DNA of 64,000 bases from assembly GCA_951406725.2 (NCBI GenBank), contig OX597815.1:68448001-68512000 (forward strand), written 5' to 3'. Position numbers and translations under genes: made by a program. The notes below the pieces were generated by a model. The model did not search any database, was not told where the DNA came from, and saw only the letters and a list, made by a program, of their open reading frames with translations. This DNA is from Octopus vulgaris. Its lineage: Eukaryota. Shown in pieces: positions 41,300 to 54,600 of the stretch (position 1 is the stretch's first letter; each line of letters opens with the position of its first letter).

Positions 41300-43205
41300 C
41301 TCTCCTTCTTTTCTGTCATCTGAAAGAAATAACTAATACCATTCATTGTATTGAACCAACTTAGTTTACTTTTTGTATATATTTATTTTATATTATTATA
41401 TTTTGTTTTAATTTCAGGAATGGCTATGAAGAAACTCTAAAATCAAAAGACAGAGATGTGCAGAATGCAGATAAGCTTCTTGAGGCAGAGATGATAGCAA
41501 GGTAAAATGACGACAAAATTCATTGAGACAAAGAAGAAAGCGTGTGTGTATTTATTTTGCTGTCATCTGTTTGTTTCTATGCTAAAACCTTCAAGAGATA
41601 AGACTTGGAGATAATTAAATTTGGGAACCCTTTCAAAAGAATCAGGATTTCCTCCCCTTTGTTATCAAAAAGATTTCAGCCTTGTTTAACAGTAATTAAC
41701 AGCTATACTATTGAGTTAAAAATTGGCAAGTTTTTTATGTGTGTGTGTTTCTTTGGGTTTTTTTTTTTCTTTTTCTAGTGTCATTGGGTAGTATTATGAC
41801 CAGACATACAATCATTATAATTCAATTATTTTTTAATCAAATTTCTTGGTGCTTATACAAAATGATGAAATGAATGCTTTGCTCTGCTTGAAAAGACACA
41901 TCAAGCTAAGTAAAATTGTGGTTGTTGGCAGTGTCGGTGACACATGAATGGCAGTCATGCTGCTGACATCTAAAAGGAACCCAGTATACTTTGTGTACAT
42001 CCAGCTGTGGAAACCAAGCCAAAACAGACTGGAGCTGGTGCCACTCTCCAGTTTACCATCTGTAGTCAAACATCTAACCCATGCCAGCATGGCAAACAGA
42101 TGTTAAATAACGATGATGGATACTAATTTTCCAAGGAAAATATTCTTTTCTACTCTAGGCACAAGGCCTGAAATTTTGGGGGAGGGAGTCAATTGATTAG
42201 ATTGACCCAGTACGCAACTGGTACTTAATTTATCAACCCCTGAAAGGATGAAATGCAAAGTCAACCTCGGTGGAATTTGAACTCAAAATGTAAAGACTGA
42301 CGAAATACCACTAAGCATTTTGCCCAGCGTGATAACGTTTCTGCCAGCTCACTGCCTTCCCAAGGAAAAATATTGGTTGTGTGGTTAAGAAGCTTGCTTT
42401 CCAACCACATGGCTTTGGTTTCAGTTTCACTGCACAGCACCTTAGGTGAGTATCTTTTACTACAGCCCTGAGCCAATCAATGCCTTGTGAATGAATTTGG
42501 TTGGCAGAAACTGTAGAAGCCCTTCATATATATATATATATATATATAGAAGCCCTTCATATATATATATATATATATATATAGGGAAGCAGTGATTAAA
42601 TGATGATGATGTGCCTTTGTGTTTGTCTCCCACCCCACTAGACAACTAGTTTTGATTTGTTTACATCCTTGTAACTCAGCAGTTCAACAAAAGCAGCCCA
42701 ATAAGTACCAAACTTAAAAAAGTACAGGACTTGATTTGTTCAACAAAGCCCTTCAAAGCAGTGCCCCAGCATAGCTACAGTCCAATAAGTGAAACAAGTA
42801 AAAGATAGGCTAACTTAAAATAAGATAAAATTAAATTTCTCATTTGCATAACTACTCCATCATTTATTCCCTCTCCTCCTCTCTTGCCACCAATCTCAGC
42901 ATTTACTCATATCCTGCACCTCTTATGTTAATTGTTTCTGTATCTCTCTTTTGCTCTCTGTTCCCCTTCTCTCTTTAAGATGTGAAGCGTGATGGGAGAA
43001 TCAGACAACTAACCAAGATCTATATCAGTCATTGTTATATAGAGATTTTTTTTACTTGTTTCAGTCATTAGACTGCGGTCATGCTGGGGCACTGCCTTGA
43101 AGAATTTGTCAAGCAGTGGTGAGGGACAAATAGACACAAATGCACACACACGCACTTAGATTTATAACCCATGCTAGCATGGAAAGCGGACGTTAACGAC
43201 GATGA

Positions 43206-43269
<64 letters not shown>

Positions 43270-46200
43270 CCAGTTTCTTTCACAATCCATCTATCAAATC
43301 CACTCTCAAGGCTTTGGGTGGCCTAAGGCTACAGTAGAAAACACTTGCCCAAGGTGCCACGCAGTGGGAGTGAACCCAGGACAATGTGATTGAGAAGTAA
43401 GCTTCTTTATTTCATTATATTTGCCATAAAGGCAGTACATAGAATAAAGTAGCTTTGCGGGCTGGACAAGGACATTAATGAGATGAATGATAATGAAACA
43501 AAGATGATAAGGATGGGAGAAGACAAAAAGCACCCACTGACTTTTGCTTCTCTAAAACATTGTTCTTTAAAACCAAACACAGAACGAGATTATTAAACCT
43601 CTTACAACTTTTCAATTTTTGGACTTAACAGTCCATTACAAACAACAACATAGTTCAATAGTTACATATAATATATATAAATCCTATACACAAAGCCCCT
43701 CCTCCCAGACCAGGCTGTACACTTCCCTTAGGCAATGCTCCAGCTCCAGAAGTAAGCTTCTTACCACACAGCTACAACTGTGCCTCTCTTTTATCTTTTA
43801 CTTGTTTCAGTCATGGAACATGCTGGAGCACTACCTGTAGATTTCCTCCACCACCTAATAATAACAATTTCACTACATCTATTGAAAATTAGATGTTGCT
43901 GATTAGTTTTTATAGAGAAGTAGAGGAGTCTCTTTGTGTTTTTTTTCTTCTTTCTTTCTTACTTACATCATCATCATTCTTCAATGTCTTTTTTTTTTTT
44001 CCATGCTGGTATAGGGTGGATGGTTGTTATATCCTTATGGATAAACAAATACACTACAACAGTGTAATAATATAAATCAAAACAAACGGCAGTAACCACA
44101 TGGAACATAACAATCTTTTAAGAAACAACAATCCAACACACGAACTCAAACTGTGAACTTTGAACTCCAACTTTGAAATATCAACACATGAACTGTGGAA
44201 CTAGCATGAACCACCTCACTTACTCAGACCACTGCTATTTATATGTAGCAGTCCAGTCAATTCTTACCAAGGGGCATCATACTCTCATACAACATCCCCC
44301 CTTTTGTTCCAAAGGGATAAAGAAATCTTTTATTTTTTAATATATACCATGGGTGCCACCCACTTTGAGTGATCTACTTTTTTGATGACTCCACTCTTTT
44401 CAAGTCTGTTCGACTCTTCATTTATGGTTTCAGTTGCCATGACCGGTACTTTTCTGTTTGCTTTAAATACAGATACAACATTTTCACTTTCTTGGAAATA
44501 GACTTTTGTTTTTCTACATAGACCTAAATCTTCTGATAACACTTGCGGGAACATTTTATTCAATTTTTTCTTCAGTTCTTCTGAAGACTTGTTTTTAACA
44601 GGGCAACCATTTATGTTATTGCAGTAAAGATATTATGAGGAGGTGTTATCGAATAGTTCTAACCAATCTGTGCCAAACAGATTGATTGTATTATCCACAA
44701 CGAATAATTTTGCTTCGCATGTCTCTCCTCAAAATGTGATGTCAATACATGTTTTGCCCATGAAATATAATTTATCACCCATTACAGCATGTGCTATTTT
44801 CGCTGTTTTACATACTCTCGGTTTACCAATGTTTTTCCAAGTATCATCATCATTGTTTAACGTCCGTTTTCCATGCCAACATGTGTTGGACAGTTCAACT
44901 GGGGTCTGGGAAGCCAGGAGGCTGCACCAGGCTCCAGTCTGATCTACAACTGGATGCTCTTCCTAATGCCAACCACTCTGAGAGTATAGTGGGTGCTTTT
45001 TATGTGCCACTGGCAGAGTGGTCAGTGGAGGCTGGCAATGACCATGATCAGTTGGTGTTTTTTACATGCCATTGGCATGGAAGCCAGTCAAGGCAGGCTG
45101 GCATCGTCCACATTTCAATGGAGCTTTGGTGCTTTTTACAAGCCACTGGCACAGGGATGACAACTACAATATCCATTTGATTTTGATGTACTTGACTCAG
45201 TAGGTCTCCTCAAGCACAGTATGTTGCCCTACGATCCAAGATACTTTTGAGTGGGCTGGTTATGCAACACTGGTGTACGTTACAGTGGTGAACTCACTTT
45301 CCGCATTTATTATTGAGATGTGTAACTGTAACTTGGTATTCACATCATTCATCTTTACATGCACAAATTTTCTTGTTTTTCCACTGCAATCACTCTCTGC
45401 TGAAAATACCTTAGAACTCCTGTGTCTCAGCTTCTGACAACTATAGCACTTTTTGTTTTTAAACAGACAATCTTTTTGCAGTGTGGGCCTCCACAACCAT
45501 AGCATAGATTGGGGCCTGACACTTTTTTTTATTGTACTTCCTTGGACGACTTATTTGAATTTTTGCAGAGTTTTTATCTTGTATTTTTTTCACATCATGT
45601 TTAAGATTAACCCTAGTCTGTCATTCTTCTGCAGTGGTCTGTTGAAATAAAACCTGGTTTTTTGCTCTATATTTGAGAGAATCCTTGCCTGAATTTCTCT
45701 ATCTTCAGGTGCTATGAGCCCTTGCACAAAGATAAGTGATTTGAACATATCCTGAGTGAGATCCTGGAGTTTGAAATTTTTGCACATATGGTTGACTACT
45801 CCAGTGTAGGTGATAAAATCCTCTTCCTCATTTTTTTGTTAAGTTCTAACCCTCCATTCTGGTGTTGAAAAATGAACTTCTGTCACCAAAAATTTTTGAA
45901 AGCAGTTCCACAGTTTCTTGGAAACCAATCTCACTCAACATTTGGGACAGAATAAAGTTACAGTAACGCTCTTGTTCAGCAGGAGCTACCTTGCATTGTA
46001 AAAGCCTTACTTTCTACTCCTCTGACCATGACTTGCACTCATTGTTAGGAATTTCTTCCTATCTTCTATAATATGTGGGAAATCTAATACCCTCCTCCAG
46101 ATTATATGTAAATTCAGAAATTGTGTTATCCACACTGTCTGGCGTAAACATGCTTACTGGATTTTCGGACTTCGCCAACTGTAACTCAATTAATTGTTGT

Positions 46201-49200
46201 TGTATTTGTTTTTGCAACTCCTGTAGTTGTTCCTATTGCTTCTCTTGAAGCTGTACTATAGCAGCTAATAGGTTTTCCATGACACAGAAATTGTCAAATA
46301 ACCAATGTGGGTTTCAAAAATCCTCGTCAGCAGATGTTATATCCTTATAGATAAACGAATACACTGCAACAGTGTAATAACAATATAATTGAAAGAAACG
46401 GCAGTAACCACACAGAACGTGACAACAATCTTTTAAGAACTAACAATCCAACACACTAAGTCGAACTGTGAACTCCAAACTACCTCACTTACTCAGACTG
46501 CTACTATTTATATGTAGTGGTCCAGTCCATTCTTGCCAGGGGCGTCATACTCTCACACAACAATGATTCAACAGGAGAGAGAACCAGAGTGCTTTGCTGA
46601 GCTCCAGTATCTGCTTTGGTATGGTTTCTAGGGATGCCATTCCTAACACCAACCACTTCACAGAGTTTATTGGGTGCATTTTTCATGGTACTGGCACTAA
46701 AGAGGCTACCAAGTACTTGTCAAGCAAGACTCCTTAACTGAGTGTGGGTTACATTTTTGAAGAAGGTAATTGTATGACAGAGAGACTGGAACAGTTGCCT
46801 TGCTGAAGAAGAAATATATGGCTTCCCTATCTGGAGAGAAAGAGATAGATTGATTGATATGAGGGTGCACCCTCAAAATACAAGATAAATACAAAAGAGA
46901 GAATAGGAATAGATCAACAGAAAGGGTGGGTGGATAGGTGAGTGTGCTAGGGTGTGAAAGGAATATGGCAGATGATTAGAAATGGAGATTGAGGTTCAGG
47001 CAGTGAATATCACATTGGGAGAGGGTAAGTAAAGGAAATAGGAGTGGGTCAGGAAGGAGAAGGAGGTGATAAGTGACAGTAGTAGAAATACAATGTTAAG
47101 TGTAAGGAGATAGATGATATCCTTTACAGCATTTGGGTGCTTATTAAAGCATTGAAGTAATGTAATGTCAGTTTGATATATAATGCAATTCTTTTGTTTT
47201 GGTGAGATCCTTTTCTTTTACTTTAAGCTACTAAACTGTCTGTTATCTTACAATATACTGACCTTGCTTATTTTATTATCCCTACTGTATTCCAATGGAA
47301 GCATAAACCTATTATGTATACTTAGACAATTCCAAACAAATTTCATCCACAATCCATATAAAAGTTATGATTGATTACCTGTCTTGACCCACCCTAGTAG
47401 GAGGTTACCTATACTGGATACTGATTTGTGATAGAGGGCAAATATAACCATCAATGGTTATATATGTGCATGCATACATATACACATATAATCGACGCAC
47501 AGTCCACTGACAGAAACTATAGTGAACTTACTGGTAATCCAGATTCTTATTTCACGGACTCTCAAATATCCGAAACCCTTATTGCAGACATCATCATCAA
47601 TGAAAACCACCATCCCCTTTTCCATGCTTGCATGGGTTGGACAGAATTAGTTGAAGCAACCAAATGTCCTTCCTGTTTCCAAGCAAGGTAATATTTTTCC
47701 ATGGCCAAACAGGCTTTCCACAGAACATTGGAAATGAGCAGTGTATCTTGTATGATGCTGATGCTCATTTACAACCATCACATGATGTCAAGACAAGGGT
47801 ACAAAAAACACACACACACGGTGGGCCAAAAGTCATACAGCAAAATATTTAACATTTTATTTATATTATGTTCATTTTGTTCATGTACAAGCACATGTAT
47901 ATTCATCATTATTCCATTTATTCAATTTTAGAACAATTGAAGCATTGTCTTTGACAATATTCTGCAGTGTATGGGACTTATTTTATGCATGGCTTTTGGC
48001 CCACTCTGTATATAGTGAGCTTCATTAAGCCACTTGACAAAGAACTTTGCTTCCTAGTCACATGATTTCATGTTCAGTCCCCTTGCATGATACATTGGGC
48101 AAGTGTCTATAGCTTCTGGCTGACCTAAGACTTGTGAGTGGATTTGACAGGTGGTGGAAATTGTGTGTGTAACTATTTGTGTCTCTTTATCTTGACATTG
48201 TGTGATAATTGTAAATAATTGTTATTGTCATAGAACCAATATCATTTGTTTCCAATTCTCTATGAGAATGTATTTGGGCATGGAGAAATATTGCCTTGCT
48301 AGGAATCAAGTGCAGGTTGGTGACAAGAAGGACATCCTGCTACAGAAACCTTGCTTCAGTAAACTCCATCAAGCATGGAAGAGTGAATGTTAAAACAATG
48401 ATAATGATTTGAATTAAAAGATTGCGAATTATCTATTATATATAATTTTTGTTGCTGCCATTTTCAAATCATGGGAAGGTAAGTCTTGCTAATTTTTGTT
48501 TCATTTGTAAATGACTTTGGTAAATATAATACATTTACACATGTAATTGTTAGACCTGTAGTATGCTGTAATTTATGACAAAACAATTTCTTTGGTATAT
48601 CTTGTTGTCTTATTACTTTCAGAGATGCAGATACCAACATTCTAAATTCTCTGACACAAAAGCTGAACACTAATAAATCTGACTACATAGATGAAATTAA
48701 TGGATTGCGATGTCAGCTTGAAGAAGCCAAAAAGAAACTAAACAAATGCTTTCACCAAGTACTGTTATTTCTTACGTTTTTTTTAAAGTTTGTGACTTCA
48801 TGTTGTAACAAAGTGATTTTTTTTTTTTTTTGATAAACTATAATGTAAAGAACTCAGTTACTATTCAGTTGAGCACTGTCATTGATGTAATCAACTTCAC
48901 AACTCCACAAATTTGCTGGACTTGTGCCAAAATAAGAGGATTATTAATATTATCTTTTAGTCCTTGGGAAAGACAGTGTCCATGACCCTTTACAGGTCCT
49001 TTGAGACTAGTGAAAAGGAGAGAGGAAGATAACCTCAAATTGGTGGCCTGGCCCAAAATGCTTGTTATATAGAGGACTCCAGTAAAAACATCCAAGGAGG
49101 AGGTGGTAAAAAATGAATGAGAAAAATATTAAACAGTTTCTTTTTGCTTGTGGAACTCAAGTTAGATAAAGCTATAAATAACAGCATGTATATATTAGAT

Positions 49201-51482
49201 TAAAAAACCCTTTGCATAGTAAAAATCAAAGGCTAACATGTCATGTTTACAGACATGAATTTGTGTCCCATCAGCACCCTTCAAGTTTTTCGATCCAAAG
49301 GGTTTTTTTAACCCATTATATACACATTCTCTTGAAGTGTCTAAATTCTTATGTAAAACATGAGTTAGTTAAGCTTGAGAATATGGTGCTTCCTAAATGA
49401 AGTTCATGATGTGTATTGCTTATCCAATTAGATTTGGAAAGTAGATGGTGTGGTGGGTTCACTTTTGATTAGAATAGATGACCAAGAGTTATGTAAAAAC
49501 TTTTGAAGACAGATGGATATTTGCTGTGTCACAAGTATAGTTTCGAAAACACTGCTCAGACTCTTGTACTAAATGTAAGTAAAAGTAGTTGTGTCAGATT
49601 TAAATATAGACCAACGGTTATAAACATATGGATCTTTTTTGTTACTGTCAGTTTTTCTTTTTTTTATTTTGTTCCAAATGTTTTCAAATTTGGTGTACTG
49701 ATGTAGTTTCGTATGCTAATTATGGAAATGAAATTCACTTTTGCCAAAAATTAATAAATAAAAAGTTAATAGCTTTTAAAGTTTACAAATTTTGGGTAAT
49801 TTTAGCCAGTTGACATCCACAAACACATTGGTGCCTATTCCCATAAGCCAAACTGTTATCAACTTAAAACTTCTACAGTCACATGTATTTACTTTACCTG
49901 TCTATTTTCTGTGAGTGCCTATCTTCTGAATGTTTGTACTACCTCATGCATTTCTCAAAAAAAAAAAATATTTTCAGTTGTTGTCCTGTCACTGCCTTAT
50001 TTTCATTATTTTAAACTTTTTTTTTCTGTGAGCCTTTTCAATGTAAATAGAAGTTTAACCAAAGCCAACTCATTTAATCTTTTGAATATGATGGAGAAAT
50101 TGAAAACCGAGAAAGATGCAGTTTCTTACTTGCAAGAGAAGGGTATTCTCCCTAAAAGAAAAAAAGAGGATGCTTCATAGGAAAATTTACTGGCGGTACT
50201 CCCAAAAAAGATGCAACAAGTGTGTGTCTTTTAGAAAAAGTGTGCATCTTTTCTAAAAGATGCATGGTTGGAAACTAGCATCCTTCCTCTTAGGACTGTA
50301 CTGCTTTTCCCTTACACATGCTATCAAGAAATTGACTCCAGTCTCATTTTGTGTTGAAGAAGTGGAAATGAGCCATTATACAGCTGTTAATTACGCCTGC
50401 TATTTTTGTGAAATATGTGTGGAGGGCCTGCTCTGCAACTCAGTTCAGATAAGCAGTCTGGGGAAAATTGCTGAGATAGATGAAACAGTCTTCTCAAGAT
50501 GTAAATACAACAAAAGAAGAGTGCTTGCAACCTGAGTAGTGAGTTTTCAAAGGAGTGTGTCATCAAACCAGACATATTCTTCTTTATGTGGTGCCATGGC
50601 AGAAATTGTGATACTAGTGGAATACATATGTCACTCAGTTTTTCCAGGAACCACAGTTTTACTGACTTGTGGAAGGCTTACTCTCACATTCCTAAAACTG
50701 ATGATTATATAACAGTGTAAAACAAATAAAGGATACTGCGGGACCTGTCTTTCCATAGAATTTGTGTGGTGATGGGGATGTAAAAATTGTAATTTGTTTG
50801 AGAAACTCCTAGAGGGTATCTCAAACTTTCATTTTGTTAAATAAAAAATTATCATAATGTAAAAGAAGTTATCACACAGAAAATGCCAGCATCCAAATCC
50901 TGTTTTCTGAGTGGGTAAAAATTATCAAACTTCTGCAACATTTAAAAAAAAATTTTATGAAACAAGAAAATAAGTCAGATTCAGCATGAAAAATTACATC
51001 AGTATACAAAATTTGAAAATTTTCACTTAACTTTAAGATTTCAAGAACTGTGACTGCAACAGAAAAGGTGTGTGTGTGTACACACACACACACACACTTT
51101 TTTCCTGGCACTCCATCAGTTATGACAACAAGGGTTCCAGTTGACCCAATCTACAGAACAGCCTGCTTGTGATGTTAACATGCAAGTGGCTGAGCACTCT
51201 GCAGGCAGGCATACAACGTAGTTCTCAGAGAGATTCAGCATGATACAGAGTATGACAAAGCTGACCCATTGAAATACAGGTACTACTCAATTTTGTCAGC
51301 TGAGTGAACGGGAGCAGCATGGAATAAAGTGTCTTACTCAAGGATACAATGCACCACCAGTAATCAAACTCACAACCTTATGATCATCAGCTGAATACAT
51401 TAACCACTAAGCCACACATGAGTGAAAGTATGTGCATGTATATGTGTGTGTGTATGTGTCTGTATATATGTGTGTGTGTGTA

Positions 51483-51518
<36 letters not shown>

Positions 51519-51572
51519 TCATATATATATATATATATATATGCACATACATATATATATATTTATATACAC

Positions 51573-51613
<41 letters not shown>

Positions 51614-51616
51614 CAT

Positions 51617-51651
<35 letters not shown>

Positions 51652-54600
51652 CATCATCATCATTTAATGTCCGCTATCTATACTGGCATGGGTTGGATAG
51701 TTTGACTGAGGACTGGCAAGCCAGAAGGCTACGCCAGGCACCAATCTGATCTGGCAAAGTTTCTACAGCTGGATGCCCTCCCTAACATCAACCACTCCGA
51801 GAGTGTAGTGGGTGCTTTTTGGATGCCACCAGCACATGGGCCAGTCATGCAGTACTTGAAACTTGGCAAGAAAATTTGCAGGTTTACAGCAAATACATGG
51901 TATGCACTGGTCCAAACCATGATGACTTATAAAAAAATTAAAAAATGCTAAAGCAGTAGCTTTGTAAACACCATTATCACTTACCTAACTTCACTTGCAC
52001 CACACTAATAACCATGTAAAATACAGGAGGTTTTTCTGCTGTATTCTGTATTTCCTTCATTAATCTCATTCTTTGCTCTGATGAGAAATTCGCAAGTATT
52101 TAAGTCTTTACTTAAAGATTGTGCATTAATATCGTTCTGTTTTAGCTATCTGTTGCTGAGAAAAGAGGGTCAAAGCTGGACAACGAGAAAACTGAAATGA
52201 AGCAATCACTGTGTAACAATAAAGAATACGAATCTCAGTTGAAGGAACTGGTAGGTTTGCTTGAGATTTTTGAAGTTTTAGTGACATTTATTCTACTTTT
52301 TAATCAGCCTTTAACAATAGACATATTATCATACTAAGGTTGACTCCTCTCTTACTTTTTACTCCTACTTTCTGCTATTAGTGCTCAAAACAGGCGGTAG
52401 AATTGGACCATCTACGTGAGGAGAATCGGAAGATCAAAGATAACTGGCAAGAAGCAATGGATAAGTTTGAACTGATATTTGGAGAAAAGGTTGACTTAGA
52501 AAGAGTTATGGAACTTCTACAGGTAACACCTTTTTTTCCTTGTATTAATTGCTTCATATTTAAAACTTACTGTGGTCTTTTAACTGTAACATTTATTATA
52601 AGGAGATATAATCATATTGTTGTAATTCAGAACAAGATTAGGAATTTGAAATTGAAATAATGAAATTTAAGGAAAAAGATGCATATGATTCATTCTTTTG
52701 TTTGTTTACTTCATACAAAATTTCTAGTCAGTGGTAATAAAGTTTAGCACTATTTTGTTCAGGTATTATGTGCTTTTATGGGAGTATATATTGTCTGTGT
52801 TCAGATATTATGTGCTTCTGTGGGTGTGTGTATGATGGTGTGTGGCTTGTGTATTGAGTTAAACTGTGTGTGTAAGTGTATTTAAATACTTGTTCACCTA
52901 TTCTTCTTCAAATTTTGCAAGCTAGAGACATTGATTCTGTTACTTCTTATGTCAATAAATCTTCCAGGATTTTTGCTCCTTTGAAGATATGTAAAATAAG
53001 AGACCCCTAATTTGAAAAGCAAGTGAAGATTAACGAGAAGGGTATCTAGCTGTAAAATAATGCCTGGATAATATATTTGCCTAACTTGTGCTATCATAGA
53101 AAAATGGATATAAAAATGAATGATTCAGTTACACATTCAGACAAGATTCTTGAAGTCATATATCAACTCCTAAATTAATGTAGATTAAGTTCAGGCATGA
53201 TTGTATAGTTAAGATGTTTGCTTCCCAACCACATGATTTCAAGTTCAATTCCATTTGGGGCAAATGTCTTCTAATGCTCTGTGCTGACCAAAGCCTTGTT
53301 AGTGAACTTGATGAGTGGAAACTGAAAGAAGCCTGTCGTGTGTTTGTGTCTCTTTGTTTTGACATTGCTTGTATTACTGTCATACAAGCAGTGTTGTTAA
53401 TTACCACTATTCTGCATACACTTGTCTGGACAAGGAGAAATATTATACCTTGCTTAACAGGTGATGGTTTGTAACAGGAAAAGCATCCAATCATAGAAAA
53501 TTTGCTGCAAAAAATGCTGTTCATTCCATGCATGCATAGAAAATTGGACATTAAAACAATGATGGTGGTGATGACTACCATATAATTTTCAACTATGCAT
53601 GAAATAATTTAAATATTTTTATTATTTTATTACATTACTGTTTTAGAGTTCATACTGTTTAGAAAAATATCGCTTTGAAAGTATGATGGGGCAACAGATG
53701 AAACTTATTGACTACATGCACGCACTAATACCTGATAGTACTGCTAAAAAGAAAAAGGTATGTACATATATTTTTGTTCTACTCTTTTGATTTTCCCTGC
53801 AACTTTATTTTTAAAATGTTTTGATGCTGTTATGTAATTTTTTTTCATTTCATTTGTTAAATTTACAATAAATACAATCTCTCTTTCAGTGTTCTAGATT
53901 GTTTGGGAGCTTCAAAAGCAAAGACTGTATGAATAAAACCCCAGTGCGTGCCGGTGGAGACTTGTACACTCAAGTAGAAGCAGAAAAGAAGAAAAATGCT
54001 AAACTGCAAGAACAAATCGAGAAAATGAGGGCTGAAAATTATCAACTGGCCTCTGAAGGTTAATTTTTAAAGATTTTTTTTTTTTTTTGAAAAGACTCTG
54101 AATGAATTATATATTGCACTTTGATGTATATTCTAATCACGATTTTATCAATGTTCTAATTAATGAATGTTAAATTTTATGTATTTCTGTGGCAGAATAT
54201 GTTGTCTTTGATTCTCTTTTAAAAGCTCGATGTTAGGGCAGATGATTTTGGGGGCAGGAAACCACATGGTCTTGGGTTCATTCTGACTACATGGCACTTT
54301 GGGCAAGTGTCTTCTACTATAGCATAGTCTCAGGCTAACCAAAATCTTGTGAATGGATTTGGTATACAGAGACAACTGAAAGAAGCCTGTTGTGTGTGTG
54401 CATTCTGACTTAAATGATGGTTATGAATGAGTATCACTGTCATACAAATGGTGTCATTTGTTAGCAGCTTTACATGAAAGCACATACAGCCAAGGAAAAC
54501 ATTAACTTACTTGGAAATTGGTGAGGGCTGGGAACAGGCAGGATATCACTGACTGCTTCACAGAATGTATTGGGTGCACATTTCTCATGGCACCAACATT

